From positions 1 to 54,138 of the forward strand of contig JAZRNG010000098.1 of assembly GCA_045648065.1 (NCBI GenBank): a DNA stretch of 54,138 bases, in the 5' to 3' direction. The position numbers were made by a program, and so were the translations under genes. The notes under the pieces are model-generated. The model was given only the letters and a program-made list of their open reading frames with translations. It ran no database searches and was not told the origin of the DNA. Source of the stretch: Acutalibacteraceae bacterium (GTDB lineage Bacteria > Bacillota > Clostridia > Oscillospirales > Acutalibacteraceae). Below, piece after piece: positions 52,457 to 54,138 of this stretch (the stretch's first letter is position 1; the number at the start of each line of letters is the position of its first letter).

Positions 52457-53764
52457 TTACACTTCCTTAATTTTTCTGATACCAGCCACAAAAAAACCGT
52501 CACAATTATGTAAATGCGGCATCAGAGAGATATAATCAGTATCATCACCATATCTCATCAATTCAGGTAAAACTCTGATTGATTCGAAATTAGGATTATC
52601 TTTTAAAAATCTTTCTATAACTCTGTCGTTTTCCGACTTGTTTAACGAACATGTTGAGTATATTAGTGTACCCCCAGCTTTGAGGTATTTACTCGAAACG
52701 CAAAGTATAGAATACTGCAAATCAGGCAATTTGTCAACTTCAGCATATTGCTTGTACCTGATTTCAGGCTTTTTACGTATAACTCCCAAACCTGCACAAG
52801 GAACATCACAAAGTATTTTGTCTGCTAAAGACAACTGCTTGTTATGGACAGAGCCATCATTAACACAAGTACGGATATTTGTTATACCAAGCCTTGAAGC
52901 TCCTGAATCTATAAGATCAAGCCTGTGCGGATATATGTCCATTGAAACAACAGTTCCGCCATTATTCATAAGCTCTGCTAAAGTAAAACTTTTACCTCCG
53001 GGAGCGGCACAAATATCCAGCACAACATCATCTTCTTTGGCATCAAGTGCTGAACAACACAATTGAGACGCTGTATCCTGAACGTGAAACAGTCCATTAT
53101 TATAAGCATCAGTTTTATATAATGCACCGATTCCTTCGACCAACAGACAACCATCAATGTTATCATGTTTATATGCAGTAAAACCTTCCTTCGAAAGCTC
53201 AATAATAAGTTTGTCAGCAGTAGTTTTAAGAGTGTTTACACGTATCGTTGTTTTGGATGAAGCAAAGGAAGACTCAAGCAGACTTATAGCATTGTCAAAG
53301 CCGTAATCTTTTATCCAAAGCTTACAAAGCCAATCCGGTACTGAATACTTTACTGACAAATCGTTTGTTTCGGTAAGCCCTGAGACTGAGATCTTTCTAA
53401 GTACAGCATTAACAAGGCCGGAAGCGAAAGACGCTCCATTAATTTTGACAAGTTTAACGCTCTCATTGATAGCTGCAGAAACAGGGATTTTATCCATAAA
53501 CAAGATCTGATAAGCACCCATTCTTAAAACAGTCAGAACCTGAGGTTTTAATTTTTTCAAAGGTTGCTTCAAATAAGAGGATATCTCAAAATCAAGAGTA
53601 ATCAGACGTTCAATAACACCATAAACAAGAGCAGAAACAAAAGCTTTGTCTGAAGGTTTAAGTTCAGTCTTTTCAAGATAAGAATCCAGAATCAGATTGG
53701 AGTATGAATTGTCTCTGTTTATTCTGTTTAATATTTCAAAAGCAGTTTGTCTTGCAGTTTTCAT
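52457..53764 (-). CDS. rsmB: 16S rRNA m5C967 methyltransferase RsmB
   Basis: NusB-like N-terminal domain, SAM motif DICAAPGGKS, DVPCAGLGVIRKKPE, YSTCSL. Confidence 0.9.
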   Translation of the reverse strand: MKTARQTAFEILNRINRDNSYSNLILDSYLEKTELKPSDKAFVSALVYGVIERLITLDFEISSYLKQPLKKLKPQVLTVLRMGAYQILFMDKIPVSAAINESVKLVKINGASFASGLVNAVLRKISVSGLTETNDLSVKYSVPDWLCKLWIKDYGFDNAISLLESSFASSKTTIRVNTLKTTADKLIIELSKEGFTAYKHDNIDGCLLVEGIGALYKTDAYNNGLFHVQDTASQLCCSALDAKEDDVVLDICAAPGGKSFTLAELMNNGGTVVSMDIYPHRLDLIDSGASRLGITNIRTCVNDGSVHNKQLSLADKILCDVPCAGLGVIRKKPEIRYKQYAEVDKLPDLQYSILCVSSKYLKAGGTLIYSTCSLNKSENDRVIERFLKDNPNFESIRVLPELMRYGDDTDYISLMPHLHNCDGFFVAGIRKIKEV

Positions 53765-53772
53765 ATAACACC

Positions 53773-54138
53773 TTATCTGCGTCTGTTATTTCCGAGAAGT
53801 CTGAACGCATAATACAATAAATTAACAACAGCCGTTGCAAGAGCAGCGACATAAGTCATAGCAGCAGCGGACAAAACGCTCTTCGCACCGTCATATTCGG
53901 CACCGGCAAGCATACCTGTTTCTTCGATTACCGTCATTGCACGCTTACTGGCATTAAACTCTACCGGCAACGTTACAAGTTGAAACACAGCAACAAGACC
54001 ATACAAAGCAAGTCCGGCAATTATAAAATAAAAACCAAAATCACTGTGTGAAGCATAAGCCAGAAAATAACCAAGAAAGGCAATAATAAGTCCGAATCGT
54101 GAGCCAAAATTAGTAACAGGAACTAAAGCTGTTCTGAT
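53773..54138 (-). CDS. membrane zinc metallopeptidase (YugP-like), 3' part only; runs off the window
   Basis: The frame stays open upstream of the track's ATG at 54006 to the window edge. C-terminal TLPVEFNASKRA motif and TM helices. Confidence 0.6.
   Translation of the reverse strand: MRTALVPVTNFGSRFGLIIAFLGYFLAYASHSDFGFYFIIAGLALYGLVAVFQLVTLPVEFNASKRAMTVIEETGMLAGAEYDGAKSVLSAAAMTYVAALATAVVNLLYYAFRLLGNNRRR

Noticed and set aside
1-54138. CRISPR arrays, IS elements, prophage genes or rRNA operons
   Set aside because: None was seen. There are no regularly spaced repeats, transposase-like ORFs with terminal inverted repeats, phage structural genes or rRNA-like sequence in any intergenic region.

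Overview
This 54-kb window looks like chromosome from a low-GC, endospore-forming Firmicute (Clostridia-like), based on spoIIR, a cwlD-type amidase, an unannotated spoVM and a possible spoIIM. It is densely packed with core housekeeping genes, about 85% on the minus strand. Gene order, left to right:
- tRNA-Thr, with its own promoter and terminator.
- A plus-strand block: Leu/Val/Phe-type dehydrogenase, MFS transporter, secreted SGNH hydrolase and two small orphan ORFs.
- A minus-strand chain, dnaA-ftsY-rdgB-yhbY-smpB-ssrA (tmRNA).
- A secreted lipase-like protein, a PAP2 phosphatase and a SEDS protein.
- tsaE-tsaB-rpiB-upp.
- A Xer-type recombinase, radA and cwlD.
- A roughly 12-kb, tightly coupled cell-envelope gene string: tmk, DUF2156-like, GNAT, DJ-1, mltG, U32, murE, FemAB-family, PBP1A, ruvX, VanZ-like.
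- A sugar-utilisation operon: GPH symporter, ChbG-like deacetylase, DUF2804-like.
- spoIIR.
- A seven-gene translationally coupled envelope operon: metallophosphoesterase, MMPL, lipoprotein, GT2, 106-aa orphan, GH2, WYL regulator.
- The conserved rsmB-rlmN-PP2C-prkC-rsgA block.

I found no CRISPR array, IS element, prophage or canonical defence system.

The most unusual signals:
1. A truncated second copy of the tmRNA 3' end lies about 150 bp downstream of ssrA, with an inverted copy of the T-arm and several perfect helices in between. This could be the footprint of a gutted ssrA-integrating element or an undescribed structured RNA.
2. The seven-gene MMPL/WYL operon has no function I can assign. 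A glycolipid or glycoconjugate export module is a guess.
3. Two small ORFs missing from the ORF track sit downstream of rsgA: a SpoVM-like 30-aa peptide and a 50-aa membrane peptide.
4. A TSUP (TauE/SafE) transporter is encoded as two half-size genes.

All functional calls come from motif recognition by eye. No database search was run.
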